The position numbers and the translations under genes were made by a program. Under the pieces are notes generated by a model, which saw only the letters and a list, made by a program, of their open reading frames with translations, was not told the DNA's origin and made no database searches. A stretch of DNA of 64,000 nt from Hydrolagus colliei (taxonomy: Eukaryota), in NCBI GenBank assembly GCA_035084275.1, contig CM068771.1, positions 5,394,001 to 5,458,000 of the forward strand. The letters run 5' to 3'. Positions 1 to 12,300 of this stretch are shown here, in pieces (position 1 is the stretch's first letter; each line of letters begins with the position of its first letter).

Positions 1-771
1 TCAATCCCCCGCCTGCCCCCCCCCCCCCACCCCACCTTCCCTCCCCCCCACCCCACCTTCCCTCCCCTGTTTCAGGTCCCGCCTCAAGACCTAACTCTTC
101 CAAAGAGTAGCCGGACCTCGGACACCATTGCTCAGCCTCCGCTCCCGCCCTCGAGTCGGGGCTCCGGGCGCCTCACAGTCTGAGCCGCCTAACGGTCGGC
201 GCTCCCTCGCGCCTCTCGCTCTCCCCCCCCCCCCCCCCCCGCTCATCACGTGGGGCTCCTGCCGCGAGCGCCGACCGTTGGGAGCCGAGGAGCACGTGGG
301 GGAGGGAAGGAGCGGCGCCGATACCCTTATAGGGTCAGACCACGTGCTGATGATCATCGCGGGCGGCCAATGGGCGTCTGTCTTTCAAATCGGGTGGGAG
401 GGGGCGCGGGAGAAGAGAGAGCCTCGAGCGAGCGACGACCGTTAGGCGGCTCAGACCTAGAGGCGCCGAGGAGCGCGCGTAGCCCCGGCTCGGGTCAGAC
501 CACGTGCTGAGATGACTGGCGGGCAGCCAATGGGGGACGCGGCAGGAGCCCCACGTGATGAGCGGGGGGGGGGGGAGAGCGAGAGGCGCGAGGGAGCGGC
601 GACCGTTAGGCGGCTCAGACTGTGAGGCGCCCGGAGCCCCGACTCGAGGGCGGGAGCGGAGGCTGAGCAATGGTGTCCGAGGTCCGGCTACTCTTTGGAA
701 GAGTTAGGTCTTGAGGCGGGACCTGAAACAGGGGAGGGAAGGTGGGGGGGGGGGGGCAGGCGGGGGATTGA
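1..771. repeat. Near-perfect inverted repeat: arms 1-266 and 538-771, 271-bp spacer, CpG-island-like
   Basis: Reverse complement of 538-771 reproduces 1-266 except for homopolymer lengths, one substitution and one extra CCCCACCTTCCCTCCCC unit in the left arm. The left arm runs off the window edge. Confidence 0.95.
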
Positions 772-837
772 GGGAGAGGGGCCCAGAGCGTTTCAGGAAT
801 TGATCAACAACATTCAATCTGATGATCAAACAACCAT

Positions 838-843
838 TTTATT
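838..843 (-). terminator. Putative polyA signal of the B30.2 terminal exon
   Basis: AATAAA on the minus strand ~275 nt downstream of the restored stop codon. Confidence 0.45.
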
Positions 844-1118
844 CCCCGAGATCGTCAACCCTCAGGTTAGTGAACAAACAGAAGCCTTTCCCACTGAATC
901 ACAGTCTAAACCACAACGTCCTGGGCTGACCTGGGATCAGACGCTGTATTGTGGGCAAAGTTTACACATTGGGTACAGTCCAGACACCAACCCCATGGAC
1001 CCGCAGAGCTCTGGCTTTTCTGCCTGTGATCCCCGACTCCCCCCAACACTGTGTTTCCGTGAACAACAGACAGTGAATCACACGGAAACTGAGGTGAATC
1101 CACGTCTCTGTTAATGTG

Positions 1119-1380
1119 TTAAAAACTGCAGATTCTCAGCGGCTCAAGAGTTTTCCCCGCCATCGTTATCACCGGGATTGAAGAGCGGATAGAGTTTCCC
1201 AGTGAAAGTTTGGGTGAAGGTGTGGAGATGAGACATGTGATCAGCGTCGTAAACTGACACCTGTCCCCCCTCATAGTCCAGGTGAACTCCGACCTTCCCG
1301 GGTCTCACTGTCAGGGGCAGGGGGGTGGGGGGTGATGTCAGAGCCTCATAGGCCCCGGCCACCAGCCACACCCCCCACCA
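1119..1380 (-). pseudogene. 3' remnant of a B30.2/SPRY terminal exon (TRIM- or butyrophilin-type)
   Basis: Translates [74 protein letters not shown]. Removing one T at 1146/1147 extends it to the typical EPLRICSF* end. The 5' half is replaced by an L2 fragment. Confidence 0.85.
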
Positions 1381-1682
1381 TTCACGGCCTTGCCCCCGCC
1401 TATCTCTCTGACCTACTGTCTCCCCAGCAGCCTGCCCGTCCCCTCCGTTCAGCAGACTCAGGCCTGCTCGGCCCCTCCGCCCTCGCTTCCTCCCTTTCCT
1501 CCTTCAAGGCCGGTCTAAAGACCTTCCTCTTCGACCGTGCCTTCGGCTCCCCTGCTAACTCTTCCCCCTACCCCGACCCTCCCCCCCCCCCCCCCGGCTC
1601 GGGTCCCGACCTGACTGTTCAGCACTTTGGGATGTCCTCCCAACGTGAAAGGCACTAACTATATAAGTGCAATTTTGTTGTA
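1381..1682 (+). mobile_element. L2-clade LINE 3' fragment
   Basis: [32 protein letters not shown]2 C-terminal motif plus the shared tail GGGATGTCCTCCCAACGTGAAAGG...TTGTTG. Confidence 0.8.
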
Positions 1683-1759
1683 AATATATATATATATATT
1701 TTCCAAATTATAATTGCCTGCAGTAGCTTATTCTACCATCAGGAAACAGTGCTGCACTG

Positions 1760-1990
1760 TGAATCAGAGAATCTTATGGCACAAAGGAGACCATTGGGCC
1801 CCTCTTTAAAAAGAGCAATTGAATTCCACTCCCCAGCTCTCTCCCCATAACTCACAAACCCATCCTCCCCAAATAAATGTCTACCTCTCTTTTTAAAAGT
1901 TGTTATCGAATTGACCTCCACCACCTTTTCTGGCAATGCATTCCAGATTCCAACTGAGTGAAAAAGTTTCTCCTCACCTCCCCTCTGCTT
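1760..1990 (-). mobile_element. CR1 LINE 3' tail fragment
   Basis: WNALPEKVVEVNSITTFK motif. Similar tails at ~11600-11750 and ~50160-50350. Confidence 0.7.
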
Positions 1991-3166
1991 CTTTTGGAAA
2001 CTATTTTCATTTATTTTCATTTATTTTAAATCTGTGACCAAAGTTCAGGGATCTTGGTTGAAACGGGCATCAAAGGAAAATACTGTCATTTCATCTAATC
2101 TCTAAAACAATTGTTAATGAATCATATTTACATTTGATTTAGCGCCTTATTTTGCCCTTAAAATATCTGAAAACGCTTCACGGGACCTTGAGTGACTTGA
2201 GTGTTTTGTAGCCAAACGCAGTACCACATTCCTGCCTCCAATGGCGCTGTTGCACCGTGAAACTCCATCTTGTTTATGTTCCAACAATAATATCTGGTCT
2301 GTGAGTTGAGGGGATGGGAAGTGGAGATGCTGATGATGGGGAAGTCAGGAGACTGTTTACTGGGGATCAGTTTAACTGGGAATTAATGGATGAGTTCAGA
2401 CTTGCAAAGACTCCCAACCGAACGTGTGAAGGCATTCGGGAGTCCCTAACCCGGCCTCCTATTGCCGTGTTTGTGTTTCAGTTTGTCAGCTCCACCCTCC
2501 CGAGGCAGCAAAGCCACAGAGACTAGAGAAAAAGCACACAAACTAGAGCCCCCTCCCCCGCCTTCCCATACACACACAGATACACACATCTCAAAGTGAA
2601 TCCAGGTCCTCTCGCTTGTGAGGCGAGCGCGCTAACCACTATGCTACGGATAAATTAACAAACTATTCATCGAAACTCTGGAATACTCTTCCTCTTTTCT
2701 TTCCCACCTTCCTCAACCATGTTTACGGTCACCCCCCCCCCCCACAGCTCGCCAGTGGCAAGTACTCTGAGACACTACCCTGCGTTATATTTATCAATAC
2801 AAGATGTTGTTGCGATAAGGCAACACGCTCACACAAACACACACACACACACACATACAGTCCAGCAGAGCTTCTTACTAAATGTGCCATTTATTAAGTT
2901 ATCAGTTCAACACAAAATTAGGTCAAATAAACACACCTACTAAACACAGAGTCATTACACTTGACATGTAACTGCACTATGCAGCGCCTCGGGTCCTCCC
3001 AACGCGAAAGGCGCTATATCAATTTTGTTGTTGTACATTATATCCCGTGATACACTTTGTAACGTGTCAATCACGTACCAAGACTGTCCACAAATGGATT
3101 ATTATTATTATACCAAATGCAAGGAGTTTTATTATTATTATTATTATTGTGGATCGCCCCTGGGTG

Positions 3167-3172
3167 TTTATT
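3167..3172 (-). terminator. Putative CYP2 polyA signal
   Basis: AATAAA on the minus strand 45 nt after the TAG stop. Confidence 0.55.
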
Positions 3173-3216
3173 AAGCTCCCCGTGACGGGCGAGTTGTTGT
3201 TGTTTGTCTTCAACTC

Positions 3217-3395
3217 CTAACGGAGCACGGCGCAGAGTTGGTAAGGTGTCGGAGATGACGTAATTCCATTGACAGCCGTGAGGAAAAGGTCGGTCACTCC
3301 AGGCGCAGGCTGGAAATGGAATCTCTGCATCAGAGTCGTGAAGAAGAGAAAGAGTTCGGCTTTAGCCAGACTCTCACCTGCACAGGCCCTTCGCC
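3217..3395 (-). CDS. CYP2 exon 9 (heme-binding Cys, stop)
   Basis: [26 protein letters not shown]...YQLCAVLR*. Confidence 0.95.
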
Positions 3396-6300
3396 CTGAG
3401 AACAATGACACGGAGAGAAGGATTGTCATTTGTAATATTACAGTAGTGGAGTCCTGTAGTTCAGTGGATAGAGTGTTCGCCTAGCAAGCGAGCAGACATG
3501 GGTTTGAATCCCGGGGGCGGTGCAAAATCTTAACACTATACATAACAACAACAACAAATTTGATTTATATAGTGCCCTCCACGCCGGACTGCATCTCAGA
3601 GCGCTTACATACTCTAACAACAAAATTACATTCTGCTCCTACAACACTGGAACTTCATCTCGGAATCCCTTCACCTCATTTCCTCTCTTTCCTCCTTCAA
3701 GGCAGGTCTCAAGACCTTCCTCTTCGACGGTGCCTTCTGCTCCCCTCCTACTCTCCTTCCCCTTCCCCTTCCCCCTATCGAGACCCTTCCCCCTCCTTGC
3801 TTGGGTCCCAACCTGATTCTTCATCATCTTGGGATGTCCTCCCGATGTGAAAGGCACTGTATAAATAATGTTGTTGTTGTTGTCGTCAAGACATATCGAC
3901 GATGTGATCAGGAGCTATATAGCAAATGTAAGGATTATTTAATATGATTAACAAGGATTAAAAATGATATAGTTACCTGCAGAGAAGGGAATGAAAGCGT
4001 CTCTCTTCCTGAACTTGCCCTCGAGGTCCAGGAAGTGGGAAGGGTAGAATTCATTTGGTTTCTCCCACTCTGTTTCGTCAAACAGCACCGAGGTCAGCAA
4101 TGGGATAACACGGGTCCCCTGGCAACACAACACACCAGAGCTTTGTAAATATTCTATTAATCCAGCAAGGACCACCCTACCAACAGTCACTCTGGCTTTG
4201 ACCTGAGGCAGTCCAAGGAATATGTTCAAGGACTGAGCATCCACAGCACTCTGGGGTAGAGAATTCCATCAATTCTCTGAGTGAAGAACTTTTTTCTCAA
4301 CTCAGTGCGAAAGGGCTGACCCCTAGTTTGAAGACCTTGACCCCTATAACAAATGCGAGGCTTATACTGATTTTTGTTACCTTAGGTATGAAATATCCTC
4401 GGAAGTTTGTATCTGCAGTGATGGCGTGGGGAAGGTTCAATGGGACAATGTTGCCAAATCTTTGGGTTTCATGTATGACAGCGTCTGTGAAAGGCATTGC
4501 TTTTCGGTCTTCCAGCCTCGGGTGGCGATCCATCCCAATCACTTGATCGATTTCCTCATGAACTTTCTCTAAAGAGACGAAGATCATTAGGGTATTTTGT
4601 CGGCCTGGCTGAGTCCCTGACCCTGAGCCATGAGGTTATGGGTTCACGCTCCACGAACCCAGAACGTATTTCAGGATAATAATCTAACACTAATGTCATG
4701 TAGCTCAGTGGTTAGAGCACTCACTTTACTAAACTTGCAGTGACCTGTGTTCGAATCCAGGCAGGTCAGGGCGAAACTTAGGCAAGTTTCCTTACTCCAC
4801 ATGCACACCTAATAATAATCCCTCAATTAAAAAAACATTGGTTATTTCAATCCACAACTATTTGTTGGACGCAGCTGTGCACAATTGGCTGCCGCCAATA
4901 TGGACCTGTCAATTCACTTTACAATATATTTTAGGGGATATGGGGATGGGGCAGGTAATTAGAGTTAGATCAGAAGATCAGCCATGATCTTATCAAATGG
5001 CGGAGCAGGCTTGAGACTCCTGCTCCTAATTCTTATGTTCTTATATTCTGTGAAGTGCTTTGAGACATCTAGAAGATGTGAAAAAGCACTATATCAAATA
5101 CTAGGATTATTATTATTAATGCTTGTGTTTGATTATAGAGCTTTAATCTCTTTCAAGACTTTTTAAGCACTTCACACTGTAATGTACAGTGACTGTATTT
5201 TGTGCGCTGTAAGAGGCTACTCTGTGTAGGGTGTACTTTATAAGTGTAAGTTGTTGCTGTTGTTGTTTATGGCAAAACACAGCAGCCAATGTCACACAGT
5301 AATGATTGAGTGACCAGATACTTTTATTTATTTATTTGGGAGGGATTATTACACCCAGAAAGCAATCAGCCAGTCGAGTCACATCTTACTTACCGCTAGG
5401 TAAACAGGCATGTGGAGAAAGGAAACTTGCCTAAGGTGGAGTCCTGTAGCTGTGTGGTTAGAGCACTTGCCTTCCAAGAGAGATATGGGTTCGATTCCCA
5501 GCCAGGGCAAAACCATGGGCAAGTTTCTTTACTCCACGTGAATGATAAAAATCTTCAAGGAGAAGAAAAAAATTAATAATTTGGTCCCTCAATCCACACG
5601 CGTTTGTGGGATACTGCTGTGTGCAATTGGGACTTCCTCCCGATGTGAAAGGTACTCTATAAATGTAATTTTGTTGTTGTTATTGGCTGACAAGTTTCAC
5701 TCACAAATATACATTTAGTTCGCTTCACCATATATTCTGTGAATTGTTTTGAGACACCTAGAAAACTTGAAAAGCACTGTATCAAATGCAAGGATGATGA
5801 GGTCTCGCCTGCCTGGGGATCGAACGCAGGTCCTCTCAATCCGAGGCGAGCTCTCTAACCACTGAGCTAAAATAACTCCACCATTCAGGGTGAGATTCAG
5901 TCATCGACAGTATTACACAACTAACTCTCCTGAACAGCAGGACTTTTCTGACAATTGGGGGCTTGTTGAAGAAGTAACTAACAAACACAGATATCTCACG
6001 TTGGATGTGTGGGTATTTCATCATCAGCAGAATGGCCCATCGAAGTGTGGTGGAGGTAGTTTCCATCCCAGCAACAAACAGATCCTGTGTTGTGATCACC
6101 AGGTTCTCCTCATGAAAATGTGTCTCGGGGTTTCCCGCTTCCTGGCAACCAAAATACAGTCAAGTTCTCATATGTCTTCAAAAACAGCAACAACAACAAC
6201 AACTTGGATTTATACTGCATACCAGACAGATCAGAGTGCTTCACAATAACGGATTCTGGGGCCGAGCCGGGGAGGGGGGGGCAGGGGGAAGAAGGTGCCA

Positions 6301-9300
6301 GAAGGCGCGGTCGAAAAGAGACATCTTCAGCTGAGACCTGAAAATCGGAAAGGAGGGGGTGAGGCGAAGGGAGTGAGGAAGGGAGTTCCAAGCCTCGGGG
6401 CCTAGTAGCTGAAGGCACGGCAGCGCCGATGGTGGAGCGGAGGATTCGGGGGACAAGGAGGAGGCCAGACCTGGTGGAGCCAAGGCAATGGGTGCTGTTG
6501 TGAGGAGAGAGGATTGCAGAGGATCGGAGGTGATTTAAATACAGTGCAAGCATTAGAATCTTGAAATGGATCCTCTCCGGGACAGGGAGCCATCGCGGTC
6601 TGGCAAGGACTGGGGTAATTGGGGAGCGGAGTTTTGTACGAGTGAGGTGCTGCTGAGGGACCGGATGTTAGAGAGGAAGGATAATTGGGGGTTGAACTTG
6701 ACCCCGGTGTTCCGTACGGGTTCGGAGAGTTTTAGGGGCAGACCATGTAGGCGGAGGAGGTGAGAAGCATGTGCTTGAAGACAAAGAGTATGGCTTCCGT
6801 CTTGTCAACATTTAAGGAAATTTGCGCACATCCAGCCCCTGATGTCTGACAGGCAGGCTGATAGAACATCAGGGGACTGGCGGTCGCAAAGTGAGGTGTG
6901 AAAATAGAGTTGGATGTCATCTTTCACCCACAAATATACAGCCGGTTTTCCTGCTCTCCTTCCCACTATCCTTCCCTTGCCATCTTTCTCCCCTGGCCCC
7001 ATTTCCGCGACTGTTTGTGGGACACTGCTGTGCTCAATTTGGCTGTCGCATTTCGCCCACAAATATACAATTGGTTTTCCTGTTCTCCTCCCCCACTACC
7101 CCGACCCCTCCCCCACTGCTCTGGTCCCTACATTTTTCCCATCTTTCTTCCCTCTTTTTCTTCTCCCTACCCCGACCCCTCCCCCACTGCTCTGGTCCCT
7201 ACCTTGGGACATTGTTGTATTCTGTGAAGCGTTTTGAGACGTTGATAAGATGTAGAAAGCGCTATATAAATGAAAGGATTATTATTCATTATTATTATAT
7301 TATCCGTATACATCCTCCCAGCGTGAAAGGCATTTTGAGACGTCCCAATGACGTGATATGGTGCTGCATCAAAAGCAATGATTACTATTATTATGGCTTA
7401 CTTCCTGTTGCTTGACCATGAAGGCTTGAGTGAAACTGCGAACTGTGTCCACATTCAGATCCTGTCTGTTCTCCTTCAGCATTTGCCTCAAGAACGTGCG
7501 AACCTTGTCTGTGTTGGTCTGAAACGTCTTATGGTGGCCGGGCAGAAAGCTCAGGAATGGAAATAAGAAGTTGATCAGCTGAGGAAATAGAGAGAGAGAG
7601 AGCAAACAGGAGTTCATTTCTGTGCAGTGATATCTTCTTCTCTTTATTTTATCCTTCCCCCACCCCGACCCTTGCTCTTGCCATTTTTCCCCCCTTTTCC
7701 CCAAGTCTCACTTCCATGACTCCTTGTGGGACACTGCTGTGCGCAATTTGGTTGCCGTGTTTCGCCCACAAATATACAGTCGGCTTTCCTGCTCTCCTTC
7801 CCCCTACCCCTCTATCCCTTCCCTTGCCATCTTCCCCCCCACCCTTTTCCCTTAATCCCACTTCTATGACTGTTTATGGGACATTACTGTGCGCAATTTG
7901 GCTGCTGCGTTTCGCCCACAAATATACAGTCAATTTTCCTACTCTTCTTCATCCTGCCCCGACCCCTTCCCCCTGCTCTTGTCCCTACGTAACCGTACAG
8001 CGCCTTGGGATGTCCTCTCAACATGAAAGACGCTATATAAATATAAGTTTTGATTAATTGATTTGATTCATATCATCCACCCACTGCCTCCGCTCAGTAG
8101 AAACCGGTGTGCTCCATGTTCCCCTGCCCACCTCACAAATCCGTCCTAGAGGCCCTCCACCTCACACCTGTCCCACCCCCTCCCTCGCCTCCTTCAAGGC
8201 CCTTTCCAAGATGTTCCGCTTCAACCACCCCTTCGGACACCCTCCCATCACCAATCCCTCTTCACTCCAACCCCCAGGTCGGGTGCAAAATCTTCAGCAT
8301 TTTGGGATGTCTTCCTGATGTGAAAGGCGCGATATGAATGCAAATAAAAAATTCAGTTGGGTCCCGTAGTGAGAGCGCTTGCCTCGCAAACAAATGACCA
8401 AGGTTCGATACCAGGTAGGCCAAAACATCAGGTAAATTTCCTTAATCCATACACGTCTCTTTATCAAGCAATAAGTAGGAACCTGGTTGTTGGAAAATTG
8501 GCAGATAATAATAATAATCCTTGCATTTGATATAGTGATTTGCATATCTTCTAGATGTCTTGAAGCGCTTCACAGAATACAGTTTCAAGTGGATTTATTA
8601 TGTATTTTATGGGCGAAACGCAGCAGGCAATTGCGCAGGACTTCAGGATTGTTTCATGAAGGTAATAATCCCTCCAAGGAAAATATTAGTAATAATTTAG
8701 TCATTCATCCTTGTATTTGATATAGTATTATATCACTGTGTTGAGACTTCTCAAAGCCCTTCACGGAATATACTGTAAAGTGGGTTGACTATATATTTTG
8801 TGGGTGAAACATGGCAGCCAATTGCGCATAGCAGTGACCCACAAACAGTGGTGGATTGAGTGGCTGAGTTATTTGTTTTTGCCTTTGTAGGGATTATTAA
8901 CTCCGGAAAGTGATCCACTGATCTTACTTACTGCAAGTTGTGGAGTAAGGAAACAACCTTAAGGTTTTGTCCTTCCTGGGAATCAAGCGTGGATCCTCTC
9001 GCTTACGAAGCGGGTGAGTTAACCAGGACTCCACAAATGATTTATCTGGCTAACCTTCAGTAACTATGCCCATCAACCCCAGCAGTATACACTGTGCCAC
9101 AGAGAGCATTACCTGTACTGTCTGACATATTCCCAGCCTAATGTTTTCATTGACAAGCTTGATCAGTGTGACAAACGTCTGATCATCGTAGCTAAATCTG
9201 TTTCCCAGTAGGATAGAGCAGATGATATTGGCCACAGCACCATTCATCAGAATCGTGGTTTCAAAAGGTTGACCTAAACACAACAGAGCCATCATCAAAT

Positions 9301-12300
9301 GGGGAATAAAAGGTTAGTCAATGGTACAGTGGGTCCGGTTAGGGACTAAGGAGGAAATCTCCTTGTGGAGGCAGAGGGCATGGCTGCTGTACCAAATCAC
9401 TCAGCAGGTCAAGCAGCATCTATGGAGAAAGGAGAAATAATAATCCGTCCCCAAAACCCCCCCGATAATAATAAAAATTGGTCATTTCAATCAACGACCG
9501 TTTATGGGACACTGCTGTGCACAATTGGCTGCCGCGTTTCACCCACAAAATATACAGTCAATTCACTTTACAGTATACTGTATTCTGTGAAGTGCTTTGA
9601 GACATCTAGAAGATGTGAAAAAGCGCTATATCAAACACAAGCATTATTATTATTTTTATTAAGCCATCCAGTCTGGACTGGATGCATTCTGGATTACTGA
9701 GGAAAGTAAGGGAGGAAATGATGGAGGCTCTGGCCACAATCTCTCAATCCTCCTGCTTTAGTGCCGGAGGACTGGAGGGTTTCACATGTTACTCCCCTGT
9801 ACACAAACAACAACAACTTTGATTTATATAGCGTTCTCTACAACGGACGGCATCTCAGAGCGCTTCACAATGATGGATCCCAGACCCGAGTCAAGGGGAG
9901 AGGGGGGAAGGTGACCGAAGGTGCGGTCGAACAGAAAGGTCTTTAGCCAAGACCTGAAGCTAGGAAGAGAGGGAGCGAGGTGAAGGGAGTGAGGAAGGGA
10001 GTCCCAGAGGTTCGGGGTATAGTGGCTGAGTGCACGGCCACCAATGGTGGAATGGAGGATTCGGGGGGGGATGGAGGATACCAGACCTGGTATCCTCCAT
10101 CCAGTGGCCTTTGCCACTGGTACCAGTGGCAAAGGCCACTGGTACTGTTTTGGGGAGAGAGGAGGTCAGAGAGGTAGGAGGGTGCAGAGGAGTGGAGAGA
10201 TTTGAAGACAAGATTGAGGAGGGGGCAGAAGGTTAAACCCGGGAACTGCAGGCCAGTCAGCCTACCGTCAGTAGTGAGGAAACTTCTAGATACTATAATC
10301 TGGGACAAAATAATTTTCATTTTCACTTAGGAAAATATAGGTTAATAAAGGACAGATAACACAGATTTGTTAAAGGCAAATCATGTCTAACAAACTTGAC
10401 ATGAGTTTGTTTTGGATGAAGTAATGGAGACAGTGAGCGAAGGATGTGCAGATGATATAGTTTGTATGGATTTTGAAAATGATAAAAGTGCCATATAAGA
10501 GACTTGCAAGCAAAATAAAAGCCCACAATATTAAAGGGACGGGGGTAGCATGGATACAGAGGTGGCTGGGGTTAGAAAGCCGAGCAGTGGTGAATGTTTG
10601 TTTTTCTGGAGGGAAGTGTGAAGTGGTGTCCACCAGGGGATGGCATTGGGACTGCTGCTGTGGTTATTCTGTATAAATGACCTGGAATTGTACATAGGGA
10701 GTACAATGTCCAGGTTTGCAGATTATATGAATCTAGAAAACATAGTAAACGGTGGTGAGGATAGTAGCTGACTGCCAGAGGACATAGACAGACTGGTAAA
10801 ATGGGCAGACACTTGGCGGATGAAGTTCAATGTGAATTGATGCATTTTTGGAGGAAGAATGAGGAGAGGCAATATATGCTTGGTGGTATAATCTTAAAGG
10901 GAGTGAAGGAACAGAGAGATCTGGGGGATAATATAAGTAAATATTTGAAGGTTGCAGGATAGGTAGATAAAGGCACATGGGATACTAAGCTTTATATGTA
11001 GGAGTATGGAGTCGGGAAACCAGATGTTGGGATGTATCAACAATAACAACAACAACTTTGATTTACATAGCGCCCTCTACGCTGGAGGTATCTCAGAGAA
11101 CTTCATAAATTCAGAACAAATCTACACAAACACTATTTCAGTGAGTGAATAGTGAACCTGTGGAATAAGTGGTTTGGGCCATATGTGCAACGACTGCCAG
11201 CAAGCTGGAAAGGCAACTAATGATAATAATAATAATAATCCTTGCATTTGATATAGCGCTTTTCACATCTTATCCATGTCTCAAAGCGCTTCACAGAATA
11301 TACTGTAAAGTGAATTGACTGTATATTTGTGGACGAAATCGGCAGCCAATTGTGCACAGCAGCGTCCCCACAAACGGTCGTGGATTGAAATGACCAATTT
11401 TTATTATGTGTTTTTTTTTGCATGGATTATTAATTAGATGGACTTTGGGATTTTTTCATCTAGCATTTCTTATGTTCTTATAATATAACCAGGCATCCAG
11501 TTTGCCTTGTTTATTACTACGTTATAGAAGGAGGCCATTTCAGCCCATTAAATGGGCTATCCTCTCCCGCCCCTCTCTCTCTCTCTCTCTCTGCACCCAC
11601 AGCTTTGCAAATTTGTCCTCCCCAAATGTCTACCCACTTCCCTCTTGAAGGGTGTTATCGAATCGGCTTCCACCGCCCTTTCAGGCAATGGGTTACACTC
11701 AAAAAACTGGCTGAGTGGGAACGTTTCTCCTCATCTCTGCCCCCTGTTATTTTAACATGGAGCCAACAACCGACCGACCGGCCGGTTACTAAGAGAACAT
11801 CCTCACCTTTATAAGTCTGGAACATGTCACATAAGTGAGTCGCCTCATCCATGATTTTGTCTTCGACAGATTTTTTCCCCATCCCGAAATCCCGCAGGGT
11901 TGATATTGTAAATCTCCGCATTTGCTTCCAGGAATCACCATCAGCCAGAATAACACCTTAAAGAGAACCCAGAGTTGGGCAAGTTTCCTTATTCCACAAA
12001 CACACACACACACACTTAAGCACACACCGCTGTTCGCTTAGCAGTAATTAGGAACACAGTTGTTAAGACAACTGGTGGATCACTTTTCCAGGGGAACAAT
12101 AATTTCTTCCAAAGAAAAGTAATAATAAATTGGCCACTCAATCCATGACTGTTTGTGGGATCCGACTGTGTGCAATTGGCTGCCATGTTTCTCCCACAAA
12201 ATAGTCACTTCTCTTTAAAGTACAGTCTGTGAAGTGCTTTGAGACCTCTTGAAGAAGTGATAAGGCACTTCAAATCAAATAAATATATCATTTTATACAG

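Noticed and set aside
4694-4770. tRNA-like sequences (also at 5440, 18956, 20158, 46232 and elsewhere)
   Set aside because: These are diverged SINE heads continuous with the SINE body; none forms a complete cloverleaf.
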